This document shows, piece by piece, positions 1 to 8,037 of a stretch of DNA of 34,718 nt. The position numbers were made by a program, and so were the translations under genes. The notes below the pieces were generated by a model. It had not been told where the DNA came from. It did no database searches and was given only the letters and a program-made list of their open reading frames with translations. How positions within the stretch are numbered: position 1 is the stretch's first letter; every line of letters starts with the position of its first letter. Source of the DNA: Patescibacteria group bacterium (GTDB lineage: Bacteria; Patescibacteriota; Minisyncoccia; Minisyncoccales; CG1-02-41-26); the NCBI GenBank assembly GCA_023474835.1, contig JAMCXQ010000034.1, positions 1 to 34,718 on the forward strand. The letters are read 5' to 3'.

Positions 1-121
1 ACAAATCAACCAGTTTTGTTGAATATGGGAAAGTTGAAAGGTAAAAGAATTTTTAAGGAATTCTAATATGTTGACATAACCTGCCCAAATGTTGCGGAAG
101 ATCTGCCCTTTCCTTTTATTT

Positions 122-811
122 ATGGAATTAAAAATTCAAAAAGAGATATTTGAAACGTTTCCGGATTTTATTGCCGGCGTTATTTCAATAAAAGGGTGCG
201 ACAATCAAGGTGGCGTGCCCGAGATTGCCGAGCTTTTGAGAAAAACAGAGAAAAGCCAGATTGAAAAGTTTAGCGGGCTGGAATCGTTCAGCCAGCACCC
301 GCAGATTTTGGCTTGGCGCTCGTGCTATCGTAAATTCGGCGCTGACCCGCACCAATATCGCTGCTCGGTGGAGGCCTTGGTGCGCCGGGTTCTGAAAGGC
401 GGTCAATTGCCCAATATCAATAAACTGGTTGATTTGTATAATTATATTTCGCTTAAATATGTTTTGCCCTCTGGCGGAGAAGACGCGGACAAGGTAGCAG
501 GGGATTTGCTTTTGGGGTTTGCTGACGGTGCGGAGCAGTTTGTCCGGCTGGGGGGCGTTGAAAATGAACCGCCGCAAAAAGGCGAGGTGGTTTACAAAGA
601 CGAAAAGGGCGCGGTTTGCCGCAAATGGAACTGGAGAGAGGCCGACAGAACCAAGCTCACCGAACAAACGCGAAACGCCATAATTATGGTTGAGGCGCTT
701 TCCCCGGCCGTGAAAAGCGAAGTGGAAACCGCCACCGGCGAATTGGCCGGCTTAATCAAAAAACACTGCGGGGGCGAGGTTAATCTGTACCTTGTAGCCA
801 AAGATAGTTGA
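122..811 (+). CDS. B3/B4 domain protein (PheRS-beta editing-domain-like, trans-editing family)
   Basis: Motifs WRxxYRKFGADP, SVEALVRR, LPNINKLVDLYNYISLKY and CRKWNWRE are typical of stand-alone B3/4 proteins. ATG 122 is preferred over 89. Confidence 0.85.
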   Translation: MELKIQKEIFETFPDFIAGVISIKGCDNQGGVPEIAELLRKTEKSQIEKFSGLESFSQHPQILAWRSCYRKFGADPHQYRCSVEALVRRVLKGGQLPNINKLVDLYNYISLKYVLPSGGEDADKVAGDLLLGFADGAEQFVRLGGVENEPPQKGEVVYKDEKGAVCRKWNWREADRTKLTEQTRNAIIMVEALSPAVKSEVETATGELAGLIKKHCGGEVNLYLVAKDS

Positions 812-840
812 AGGCGAAAAAAATGAAAAGAACAGCGTCA

Positions 841-866
841 ATTCCCGCTTTTGCGGGGATTTTTTA
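841..866 (+). terminator. Probable intrinsic terminator
   Basis: TTCCCGC-TTTT-GCGGGGA hairpin followed by a T run, just after the B3/4 gene. Confidence 0.55.
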
Positions 867-910
867 TTAAAGTTGTTGCGAAAAAGAGATTTTTCGGTTA
901 TAATACCAAT

Positions 911-1444
911 ATGAATTGCCCGAATTGCCAAAATCAGGAATTGGAAAAGATTGTCTTTCACCAAACCAAGGTTGATTTCTGCGATAAGTGTTTGGGTATG
1001 TGGTTTGACGCGGATGAATTGAGGGCTGTGAAAGACGACAAAGATGAAAATCTGAAATGGCTTGACATTGATTTGTGGAAAGACGAAAAACAATTTCAAT
1101 TAAGCCAAAGCCAAAAGGCCTGCCCTAAAGACGGCAGTCCTATGTATGAAACGCAATACAACGATTCGGGCATTGGCGTGGATGTTTGCAATTTGTGCCG
1201 TGGAATTTGGCTTGACCGGGGGGAGTTCAAAAAAATCATTGATTATCTGAAAGAGAAAGCGTATTACGAAACCGCCTATCACTTTTGGAAAAATTTGGCA
1301 AAAGAAGTTTCCGAAGTTTTCATTGGCCCTCAAGGCCTCAAAGATGAAATAGCTGACGTTTTGATTTTGCTGAAAATTTTGAATTACAAATTTCTTGCCA
1401 AGCATCCCTATTCGGCAAATATAATCGCGTCGCTGCCAAAATAG
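911..1444 (+). CDS. Double zf-TFIIB-like zinc-ribbon protein
   Basis: Two copies of CPxC/D...VDxCxxCxGxWxDxxE. Promoter-like TTGCGA(876)-17-TATAAT(899) lies just upstream of ATG 911. Confidence 0.8.
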   Translation: MNCPNCQNQELEKIVFHQTKVDFCDKCLGMWFDADELRAVKDDKDENLKWLDIDLWKDEKQFQLSQSQKACPKDGSPMYETQYNDSGIGVDVCNLCRGIWLDRGEFKKIIDYLKEKAYYETAYHFWKNLAKEVSEVFIGPQGLKDEIADVLILLKILNYKFLAKHPYSANIIASLPK

Positions 1445-1464
1445 GTAAATAAATAAAACCCAAA

Positions 1465-1560
1465 ATCAGAAACCAGAATAACGAAAAAATACCCAATACC
1501 TAAATCCCAAAAATTAGGAATTGGGTATTAAAATATTTTTTCGGCATTCGGGTTTCGGTA
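1465..1560. repeat. Long imperfect inverted repeat built from 7-bp units
   Basis: Pairings AATACCCAAT(1488-1497)/ATTGGGTATT(1520-1529), CGAAAAAATA/TATTTTTTCG and GAAACC/GGTTTC. Confidence 0.6.
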
Positions 1561-1570
1561 TTTTTAAAAT

Positions 1571-2128
1571 ATGGCCATGATTTTTTACGCAATTATCGGC
1601 GTTATCGCCATTATTGTCATCTGGCTCATTGCCAGTTTCAACTCGCTTGTGCGCCTGAAAAACCAGTCGCAGGAGGCCTGGAGCGACATTAACGTTCAGT
1701 TAAAAAGAAGATACGATTTAATTCCCAATTTGGTGCAAACGGTCAAGGGATACGCGGCTCATGAAAAGCTGGTTTTTGAAAACGTCACCCAGGCAAGGGC
1801 TGCGGCAATCAACGCCCAAACGGTTGCCCAAAAAACGCAAACCGAAAATGTTTTGTCGGGCGCTTTAAAATCGCTGTTCGCTGTGGCGGAAGCGTATCCG
1901 CAATTGCAGGCATCGGTGAATTTTCTGGAACTGCAAAGGGAATTGACCGACACCGAAGACAAAGTCCAGGCGGCCCGAAGGTTTTATAACGGCAATGTGC
2001 GGGATTTGGCGATTAAAATTGAAAGTTTCCCGTCGAACATCGTGGCCGGCGCTTTTCTTTTCAAGAAAATGGAGCTGTTTGAGCTGGAAGAAACAGCAGC
2101 CAAAGAGCCGCCCAAAGTGCAGTTTTAA
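1571..2128 (+). CDS. lemA: LemA family protein
   Basis: N-terminal TM helix; AWSDINVQLKRRYDLIPNLV, AVAEAYPQL and ARRFYN motifs. Confidence 0.95.
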   Translation: MAMIFYAIIGVIAIIVIWLIASFNSLVRLKNQSQEAWSDINVQLKRRYDLIPNLVQTVKGYAAHEKLVFENVTQARAAAINAQTVAQKTQTENVLSGALKSLFAVAEAYPQLQASVNFLELQRELTDTEDKVQAARRFYNGNVRDLAIKIESFPSNIVAGAFLFKKMELFELEETAAKEPPKVQF

Positions 2129-2146
2129 TTTTTTGAGCGGCAAATT

Positions 2147-2174
2147 TTGACTTTTTGACTGTTTGATGTAGAAT
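2147..2174 (+). promoter_or_regulatory. sigma70-type promoter of the TA operon
   Basis: TTGACT(2147)-16 bp-TAGAAT(2169), 11 nt before ATG 2186. Confidence 0.55.
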
Positions 2175-2185
2175 AAAAAAGAAAT

Positions 2186-2392
2186 ATGGAACAACAAATT
2201 GTTTTTGAAAAAAAGAAAAATCAGGTTGTTTTGGATAGCCGTTCTTTTTTTGCCCTGCAGCAAAAAGCCGCTTTTTTGGCTGGTATTTTAGATTTTATTG
2301 AAGATAAAGCCCTGGGCTATTTGATGAAGGAAACAGAAAACGAAGAAAACATTTCTTTGAAAGAAGCCAAAAAAATAGCTCGGGGGTTTTAA
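2186..2392 (+). CDS. Putative type II antitoxin
   Basis: 68 aa with an acidic C-half (EDKALGYLMKETENEENISLKEAKK), directly upstream of a RelE-like gene. Confidence 0.7.
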   Translation: MEQQIVFEKKKNQVVLDSRSFFALQQKAAFLAGILDFIEDKALGYLMKETENEENISLKEAKKIARGF

Positions 2393-2399
2393 TCGCAGA

Positions 2400-2672
2400 A
2401 TGATAGTATTTTTTAAGAAAACTTTTCTTAAAGATTTTGCCAGATTGCCTCAAAATATTCGGGCGGAAGTCAAAGAGATTTGTTTTGACGTTTTTCCGAA
2501 AACTAAAAATTTGAGCGAATTTAAGGATTTTCCCTTCCGTAAAATGGAGGGTTTTCAATTTTATTGGCGTATTAAAGTGAAAGATTTTCGGATTGGTTTT
2601 AAAAAAACCGACGGGGAAGTTGTTTTTATGCGGGTTTTGTCAAGAAAGGACATCTACAAACTTTTTCCTTAA
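2400..2672 (+). CDS. RelE/ParE family toxin
   Basis: 90 aa; F.K.F.KD..RLP, KMEG, YWRIKVKDFRIGF and VLSRKDIYKLFP. Confidence 0.85.
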   Translation: MIVFFKKTFLKDFARLPQNIRAEVKEICFDVFPKTKNLSEFKDFPFRKMEGFQFYWRIKVKDFRIGFKKTDGEVVFMRVLSRKDIYKLFP

Positions 2673-2675
2673 AAT

Positions 2676-3578
2676 ATGGCAACATTATACAGCCAAGCCA
2701 ATTCCAATATCCGCAAGACCTGGGTTTTAATGTCCGCCTTTTTTGTTTTTATTATTTTTCTGGGCTGGCTTTTGAGCCGGTATTTCCAGGGTCCGGCTAT
2801 TTTGTATTTTGCCGTGTTTTTGAGCGTTTTGATGTCCGTGGCTTCCTACTGGTGGAGCGATAAAATCGTTTTATCAATGGTCAAGGCCAAGCCGATTGCG
2901 GAAAAAGACAATCAGGAACTTTACCATATCGTGGAAAACCTTTGCATTGCCAGTGGTTTGCAAATGCCCAAAATTTACATTATACCCGAAGCCCAGGCAA
3001 ATGCTTTTGCCACAGGCAGGGACGAGAAGCACGCGGTAGTGGCGGTTTCGGCCGGGCTTTTGCAGAAATTAAATAAAACGGAATTGGAAGGAGTGATTAG
3101 CCACGAGTTGAGCCACATAAAAAACAAAGACACGCTGTTGCAGGCGGTTGTCGTGATTTTGGTGGGGGCGGTGGCCATAACGGCCGACTTCTTTTTGCGC
3201 TTTGGCACGGTTGCCCGAATGTCCGATGACGAGGATTCCAAAGTCGGCTTAATTTTTATGGTTTTGGGTTTGATAGCGGCGATTTTGGCACCCATAGCCG
3301 CCACCCTGATTCAACTGGCGATTTCCAGGAAAAGAGAATTTTTGGCGGACGCTTCCGGCGCCCTGCTGACCCGTTATCCGGAAGGATTGGCAAGCGCTTT
3401 GGAAAAAATATCAGCCGACCCAACGCCAATGCAAAAAGTCAATAATTCAACCGCCCATTTGTTTATCAGTTCGCCTTTCAAAGGCCGGCAAAAAACAACT
3501 TGGCTTGTTAAATTATTTATGACCCATCCGCCCGTTGAAGAAAGGGTAAGAGCCCTAAGGGGTTTGGGGATAAAATAA
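2676..3578 (+). CDS. htpX: HtpX-type M48 membrane zinc metalloprotease
   Basis: ANAFATGR, HELSH zinc motif, ISRKREFLAD and THPPVEERV; TM segments; near lemA. Confidence 0.95.
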   Translation: MATLYSQANSNIRKTWVLMSAFFVFIIFLGWLLSRYFQGPAILYFAVFLSVLMSVASYWWSDKIVLSMVKAKPIAEKDNQELYHIVENLCIASGLQMPKIYIIPEAQANAFATGRDEKHAVVAVSAGLLQKLNKTELEGVISHELSHIKNKDTLLQAVVVILVGAVAITADFFLRFGTVARMSDDEDSKVGLIFMVLGLIAAILAPIAATLIQLAISRKREFLADASGALLTRYPEGLASALEKISADPTPMQKVNNSTAHLFISSPFKGRQKTTWLVKLFMTHPPVEERVRALRGLGIK

Positions 3579-3627
3579 TCTTTGACATTGATTTTCTGTT
3601 CTTTTTTGTTAAGATATAAAAAACATT

Positions 3628-3876
3628 ATGGCTGTGAAAGCAATGGGAAACAATTTAATAAATGTTTCTGAAAAATTATTGAAAGGACAGGGCGGCGCAG
3701 TGATTTTGGGATTGAAGCAGTATAAAGAATTTTTGAAATACGAAATGGAAAAAGAGCGCATTGATGAAACTATTCGCGACGGGCTGGCCGCAAAAAAGAA
3801 AGGGGAAACTGAAACTATGGAAAGTTTTCTTAAAAAAGATTATCCGCAGCTATATGCAGATGTCTGGGGGATATAA
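3628..3876 (+). CDS. Putative antitoxin-like small protein
   Basis: 82 aa; VILGLKQYKEFL...ETIRDGLAAKKKGET resembles small antitoxins. Has its own promoter-like TTGATT(3588)-16-TAAGAT(3610) and is followed by a toxin remnant. Confidence 0.6.
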   Translation: MAVKAMGNNLINVSEKLLKGQGGAVILGLKQYKEFLKYEMEKERIDETIRDGLAAKKKGETETMESFLKKDYPQLYADVWGI

Positions 3877-3984
3877 AGAACATTGGTTTTTTGGATAAAT
3901 TTTGATTTCAGGGTAAAATTTATCTTCCTTTCAGACAAGGAAGTTTTGTTTTTAGAAGCTGGAATCCATGATATGTATCGCTAG
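3860..3984 (+). pseudogene. C-terminal remnant of a RelE/YafQ-type toxin
   Basis: SGGYKEHW plus, after a one-base shift in a T6 run, FWINFDFRVKFIFLSDKEVLFLEAGIHDMYR*. This matches the YafQ-like C-terminus (..W.F.IN.D.R..F......GxHD.Y). The N-terminal half is absent. Confidence 0.65.
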
Positions 3985-3993
3985 TTCCAATGA

Positions 3994-4078
3994 GGTGGGG
4001 TACGAAAGTGGCTTAATCGAACGGCCTGGAGCGCCGTGCCCCGTAAGGGGCTCGTGGGTTCGAATCCCACCCCCACCG
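3994..4078 (+). tRNA. tRNA-Ser(GGA)
   Basis: Acceptor GGTGGGG/CCCCACC; anticodon arm ACGGC-CTGGAGC-GCCGT; long variable arm GCCCC-GTAA-GGGGC; T arm GTGGG-TTCGAAT-CCCAC; G discriminator; CCA not encoded. Confidence 0.95.
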
Positions 4079-4223
4079 CAAAATAATGAGCGAAGCGAAT
4101 ATATTTTGCGAGAGGGGAGCGAGCCAACTGCTTGGCTCGCGAAGGGATTCGAAGGGCGAGCCATGCCCCGTCCCAAACGGGGCCGCGAGCCCAGGGCGTA
4201 AATCCCATCCCCACCGCAGAATA
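4079..4223. repeat. Structured mini-element ending in a duplicated tRNA-Ser 3' end
   Basis: 4063-4085 is repeated at 4201-4223 (21/23 identical). Internal hairpins: GCGAGCCAA-CTGC-TTGGCTCGC and GCCCCG-TCCCAAA-CGGGGC. Confidence 0.75.
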
Positions 4224-4249
4224 TAATCTTGTTAAAAAATTTTTATTTT

Positions 4250-5884
4250 ATGACCACCAAATACATTTTTGTTTCGGGCGGAGTGATTTCCAGTTTGGGC
4301 AAGGGAATCACCGCCGCTTCCATAGCCAATCTTTTGCAGGCCAAGGGCTACAAAACCACCAATGTCAAGTGCGAAATGTACGTCAACATTGACGCGGGCA
4401 CCATACGGCCAACCGAGCACGGCGAAGTTTTCGTGACCGGCGACGGCATTGAAACCGACCAGGACATCGGCTCATACGAAAGGTTTTTGGGCTTTGACTT
4501 GGGAAAAGAAAACTTTTTAACCACCGGCCAAATTTATCAGGAGGTTATCAAAAGAGAAAGAAACCTGGAATACGACGGCGAAGATGTTGAAGTGGTGCCG
4601 CACGTGCCCGAAGAAATAATCCGCCGTATAAAAGAAGCGGGCGAAAAAGCCAAAGCCGAATTTGTCATTGCGGAGCTTGGGGGCACGGTGGGGGAGTACC
4701 AGGGCGTTTTGTTTTTGGAAGCCAACCGGATGATGAAGCTGAAAAATCCCAAAGACATAATGCATATTCATGTTTCTTATCTGCCCATTCCTTCAACAGT
4801 GGGGGAAATGAAAACTAAACCGGTGCAGTATTCGGTGCGCACTTTGAACGCCGCGGGCATTCAGCCGGATTTCGTGGTTGGCCGGGCAGAAAAGCCGATG
4901 GACGACAAAAGAAAAGAAAAAATTTCGCTTTTTTGCGGGGTGCCCAAAGGAAACGTCATTTCCAACCCCGACGTTTCGTCAATTTACGAAGTGCCTTTGG
5001 TTTTGGAAGAGCAGAAAATGGCGGATAAAATCCTGGCTTATTTTGGCAAAAAGCCCCGAAAAAACGATTTAACGAAATGGAAAAACCTGGTCAAAAAAAT
5101 AAAAACGGTTTCAAACGAACTCAAAATCGGCATTGTCGGCAAATATTTTCAAACCGGTGATTTCACTTTGGAGGATTCCTATGTTTCAATAATTGAGGCG
5201 ATAAAGCACGCCTGCTGGGTGTGCGGGGTTAAGCCGAAAATCCAGTGGTTGGCCAGCGAAAAATACGAAAAAGACGGCTCGTCGGTGGCCGAGCTGAAAG
5301 AATACAGCGGCGTGATTGTGCCGGGCGGTTATGGCTCGCGGGGCACTTCGGGCAAAATTTTAGCCATTGAATATTTACGCAAAAACAAAATCCCGTTTCT
5401 GGGCCTGTGCTATGGAATGCAGCTGGCAGTGGTTGAATTCAGCCGCAATGTCGCCGCGTTTTCGGGCGCCAACACCACGGAAATTGACCCGAAAACGCCT
5501 CGTGCGGTTATCTGCTTAATGAGCGAGCAAAAGGAACTTTTGAGAAACAGGCAATACGGCGACACCCAGCGTTTGGGCAATTACGACTGCGAAATCACGC
5601 CGGGCACTTTGGCAAGCCGGGCTTACAAAAAACAAAACATTGTTGAACGCCACCGCCACCGCTACGAATTTAACAACAAATACCGCGATGTTCTGCAAAA
5701 CAAAGGTTTGGTTATAAGCGGCATAAATCCGCAAAGAAATTTAGTGGAGATTATTGAACTGAAAAATCACCCGTTTTTCCTGGGCACGCAGTTCCATCCG
5801 GAATTTAAGTCCCGGCCGCTTGACCCCCATCCCTTGTTTGTGGAATTTGTCAAAGCGAGCAAAAGCCGCGAAATTAGCAGGTAA
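4250..5884 (+). CDS. pyrG: CTP synthase
   Basis: KYIFVSGGVISSLGKG, HGEVFV, GEMKTKP, GLCYGMQ, ERHRHRYE and QFHPEF. Confidence 0.98.
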   Translation: MTTKYIFVSGGVISSLGKGITAASIANLLQAKGYKTTNVKCEMYVNIDAGTIRPTEHGEVFVTGDGIETDQDIGSYERFLGFDLGKENFLTTGQIYQEVIKRERNLEYDGEDVEVVPHVPEEIIRRIKEAGEKAKAEFVIAELGGTVGEYQGVLFLEANRMMKLKNPKDIMHIHVSYLPIPSTVGEMKTKPVQYSVRTLNAAGIQPDFVVGRAEKPMDDKRKEKISLFCGVPKGNVISNPDVSSIYEVPLVLEEQKMADKILAYFGKKPRKNDLTKWKNLVKKIKTVSNELKIGIVGKYFQTGDFTLEDSYVSIIEAIKHACWVCGVKPKIQWLASEKYEKDGSSVAELKEYSGVIVPGGYGSRGTSGKILAIEYLRKNKIPFLGLCYGMQLAVVEFSRNVAAFSGANTTEIDPKTPRAVICLMSEQKELLRNRQYGDTQRLGNYDCEITPGTLASRAYKKQNIVERHRHRYEFNNKYRDVLQNKGLVISGINPQRNLVEIIELKNHPFFLGTQFHPEFKSRPLDPHPLFVEFVKASKSREISR

Positions 5885-5888
5885 ATTT

Positions 5889-6278
5889 ATGGATTTTTCT
5901 TTGTCAAAAAGAATTCAAAAAGCCCCAAAACCTGTCAGCGACAGCCAGCCGGCTGGAAAGCCGGACTTCCAAAGGCCGCGGGTTTCAAAAAACATTTTTG
6001 GCGTGAGCGGTTTTGCTTCGCGGCTGAAAATGCAAAAAAGTTTGGCAAAATCATACAGCGAAATAAAAAAAGTGCCGGTTTGGAAAATTGACAAAACCAA
6101 AGAACAGGAAATTTTTCAGCAGTTTTTCCCCGATAAAACCCAGAAACCGTTTTTCAGGAAGCCGGATGTTGCGGAAAACCTGCGTTCGTGGAGTAAAGAA
6201 AAAATCTGGGCAAAAGGCAGGCAAAAAGCCGACCTGATTGAAAAAATCCAAATCCTCAAAAAAGCCAGCGGAGTTTAA
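5889..6278 (+). CDS. Hypothetical basic protein
   Basis: ORF starting 4 nt after the pyrG stop; no recognisable motif. Confidence 0.55.
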   Translation: MDFSLSKRIQKAPKPVSDSQPAGKPDFQRPRVSKNIFGVSGFASRLKMQKSLAKSYSEIKKVPVWKIDKTKEQEIFQQFFPDKTQKPFFRKPDVAENLRSWSKEKIWAKGRQKADLIEKIQILKKASGV

Positions 6279-6319
6279 GCGTTTCAAGCTGCGCCTTAAG
6301 GCGCAGCTTGAAACGCTTA
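6276..6319. repeat. Perfect 44-bp palindrome
   Basis: TAAGCGTTTCAAGCTGCGCCTT|AAGGCGCAGCTTGAAACGCTTA, with no spacer and no mismatch. Confidence 0.95.
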
Positions 6320-6328
6320 CCTATTTTT

Positions 6329-7114
6329 ATGGCATACCAGCATTACAGAACCAGGGCGATTTTTCTGGCGAAAGAAGACAGGGTTGAGGCGGACCAGATT
6401 TTTTTTGTTTATACAGCCGACTTGGGGAAGCTGGAAATAACCGGCAAGGCAATCCGCAAGATAGATTCAAAGCTGCGTTCGGGCGCTGGTTTGTTTTATT
6501 ATTCGGAAATTGAATTTGTGCAGGGCAAAAACCAAAAAACATTAACCGACGCGGTTTTAATTGATAAATTCCAGAACGTTTTGAACGAGCCGGCAAAGTT
6601 ATCCATTGCCGCCCAAATCTGCCAAATCGCCCATTCCCTGCTCGGTTTCGAGCAGCCTGATGAAAAGGTTTGGGTCTTGCTCTTGTTTTCTTTGCAGGGT
6701 TTGGGAAACTTACCACTTACCGCTTACAGCTTACAGCTTACTTACTATTATTTTTTTTGGAATTTGCTCACTTTGTCGGGTTATTCTCCTCAGCTGCGTT
6801 TTTGCGCCGTTTGCAATAAAAAACTTATGCCTGAAACGTTTTTTTTCTCGCCGGGGGAGGGCGGAGTGGTTTGCTGGCAGTGTTTTGGAAAAATAAGAAA
6901 AGCAAGGGAGCAATGCTTGAAAGAGCAGGGGATAAACGGGTTAAAAGCAAAAGACATACTGGCCAAAGAGGCCCTGGAAATTACCGTTGGAGCCGTGAAA
7001 ATTTTACGACTGATTTTAGACGCGCGGTTTAATCCGATAAAGCAGGTTATGGGGGAGGCAAAGGACTTTGAAAACCTGCGCCAAATCACCGAACTGCAAA
7101 AAGAATTTTCATAA
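6329..7114 (+). CDS. recO: DNA repair protein RecO
   Basis: N-terminal OB fold (EADQIFFVYTADLGKL..GKAIRKIDSKL); C-terminal GYSPQLRFCAVC...GGVVCWQC zinc motif. Confidence 0.92.
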   Translation: MAYQHYRTRAIFLAKEDRVEADQIFFVYTADLGKLEITGKAIRKIDSKLRSGAGLFYYSEIEFVQGKNQKTLTDAVLIDKFQNVLNEPAKLSIAAQICQIAHSLLGFEQPDEKVWVLLLFSLQGLGNLPLTAYSLQLTYYYFFWNLLTLSGYSPQLRFCAVCNKKLMPETFFFSPGEGGVVCWQCFGKIRKAREQCLKEQGINGLKAKDILAKEALEITVGAVKILRLILDARFNPIKQVMGEAKDFENLRQITELQKEFS

Positions 7115-7239
7115 CCGCTTGGGATATAATGACAAAAGATAATTAAATAACAACTGTGGGAAACTGCCCCTTGCAATTTGTGGCAGTTTTATTATAATTC
7201 AGGAAAGGTCGTAATCAAGATTTAGTAAAAATAATTTTT

Positions 7240-7593
7240 ATGGAGAACAAAGATAAAATCATTGAATTGATTATTTCAAAAAAGAAAACGCCAAAAGAAA
7301 TGGCAATAATTCTAAAAATCACTGAAAGACAAGTTCATTTTTTATTAGAAAAATGGGGAGTTCAAATCCCTAGGAGAAAGTATAAAAGGGTTCCTATACC
7401 AGATCGTGAGACGCTTTTACGTCTTTATGAACAGAATAAAACAACTTCTGGTGTGTCAAAAGTTATGGGAGTGGGTATTAATACAATTGCAAGGTGGATG
7501 AAAGAATTAAAAATACCTACAAAAAGATTACAAATGAGCGAAAGTGAAAAGATTAAGCTTTTGGAATACCACATAAATAGGTTAAAGATATAA
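7240..7593 (+). CDS. Putative DNA-binding protein with two HTH-like segments
   Basis: TPKEMAIILKITERQVHFLL and TTSGVSKVMGVGINTIARWM. Promoter-like TTGCAA(7171)-16-TATAAT(7193). Confidence 0.65.
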   Translation: MENKDKIIELIISKKKTPKEMAIILKITERQVHFLLEKWGVQIPRRKYKRVPIPDRETLLRLYEQNKTTSGVSKVMGVGINTIARWMKELKIPTKRLQMSESEKIKLLEYHINRLKI

Positions 7594-7698
7594 AAGATAC
7601 GTAATCGGCTTAAATGTAGATTATCGAAGGGCGCATGCTATAATTTAATAATCACGATTGAAAAAGGTCGAAAGATTATGTTCAGTAAAAAAATAATT

Positions 7699-7995
7699 AT
7701 GGAACAATCTATCCAACAAAATCAATTTCAGATAAAGGCTGGCGACAGCGAAATTAAGGGAGTATATGCTAATGTTATGCAGGTTCAACATTCAAAAGAG
7801 GAGTTCTGCTTGGATTTTTTGAATATTTTTCCACCATTAGGAGTACTAACCGCAAGAATTATTATCAGCCCCGGGCATTTAAAAAGAATGATTAAGGTTT
7901 TAGACAATGTTCTGACTAAATACGAAAAAGAATTTGGTTCTATTGGAGAAGCACAGGAGCCGCCAAAACCAGAAGTTGGTTTTGTAATGAAATAA
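7699..7995 (+). CDS. DUF3467 domain protein
   Basis: KGVYAN...HSKEEFCLDF...ARIIISPGHLKRM..L......YEKEFG.I pattern. Alternative start at 7678. Confidence 0.8.
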   Translation: MEQSIQQNQFQIKAGDSEIKGVYANVMQVQHSKEEFCLDFLNIFPPLGVLTARIIISPGHLKRMIKVLDNVLTKYEKEFGSIGEAQEPPKPEVGFVMK

Positions 7996-8037
7996 AAAGA
8001 GCGAGGGTTTGCCATTTTCTAGAAACGGCACCCTCGC
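7994..8037 (-). terminator. Hairpin with minus-strand U tail (possible end of a ~50-nt antisense RNA)
   Basis: GCGAGGG/CCCTCGC and TGCC/GGCA stems. An internal A-C on + is G-U on -. TCTTTTT follows on -. Confidence 0.5.

Noticed and set aside
1-66. 3' end of an upstream CDS
   Set aside because: Frame 1 is open to TAA at 64-66, but 21 codons are too few to support or identify a gene.
3874-3984. Programmed readthrough producing an antitoxin-toxin fusion
   Set aside because: The toxin N-terminal half is missing and the homologous frame switches within a T run; decay is the simpler explanation.
3994-4078. tRNA-Sec or suppressor tRNA because of the long variable arm
   Set aside because: The anticodon is GGA with a normal 7-bp acceptor stem, so it is an ordinary tRNA-Ser.
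4063-4223. Prophage or integrative element at tRNA-Ser
   Set aside because: The att-like repeats are only 138 bp apart and no integrase or phage genes are present.
3952-4392. Short ORFs overlapping tRNA-Ser and its downstream element
   Set aside because: They are explained by GC-rich tRNA and hairpin sequence; the translations are tRNA shadows.
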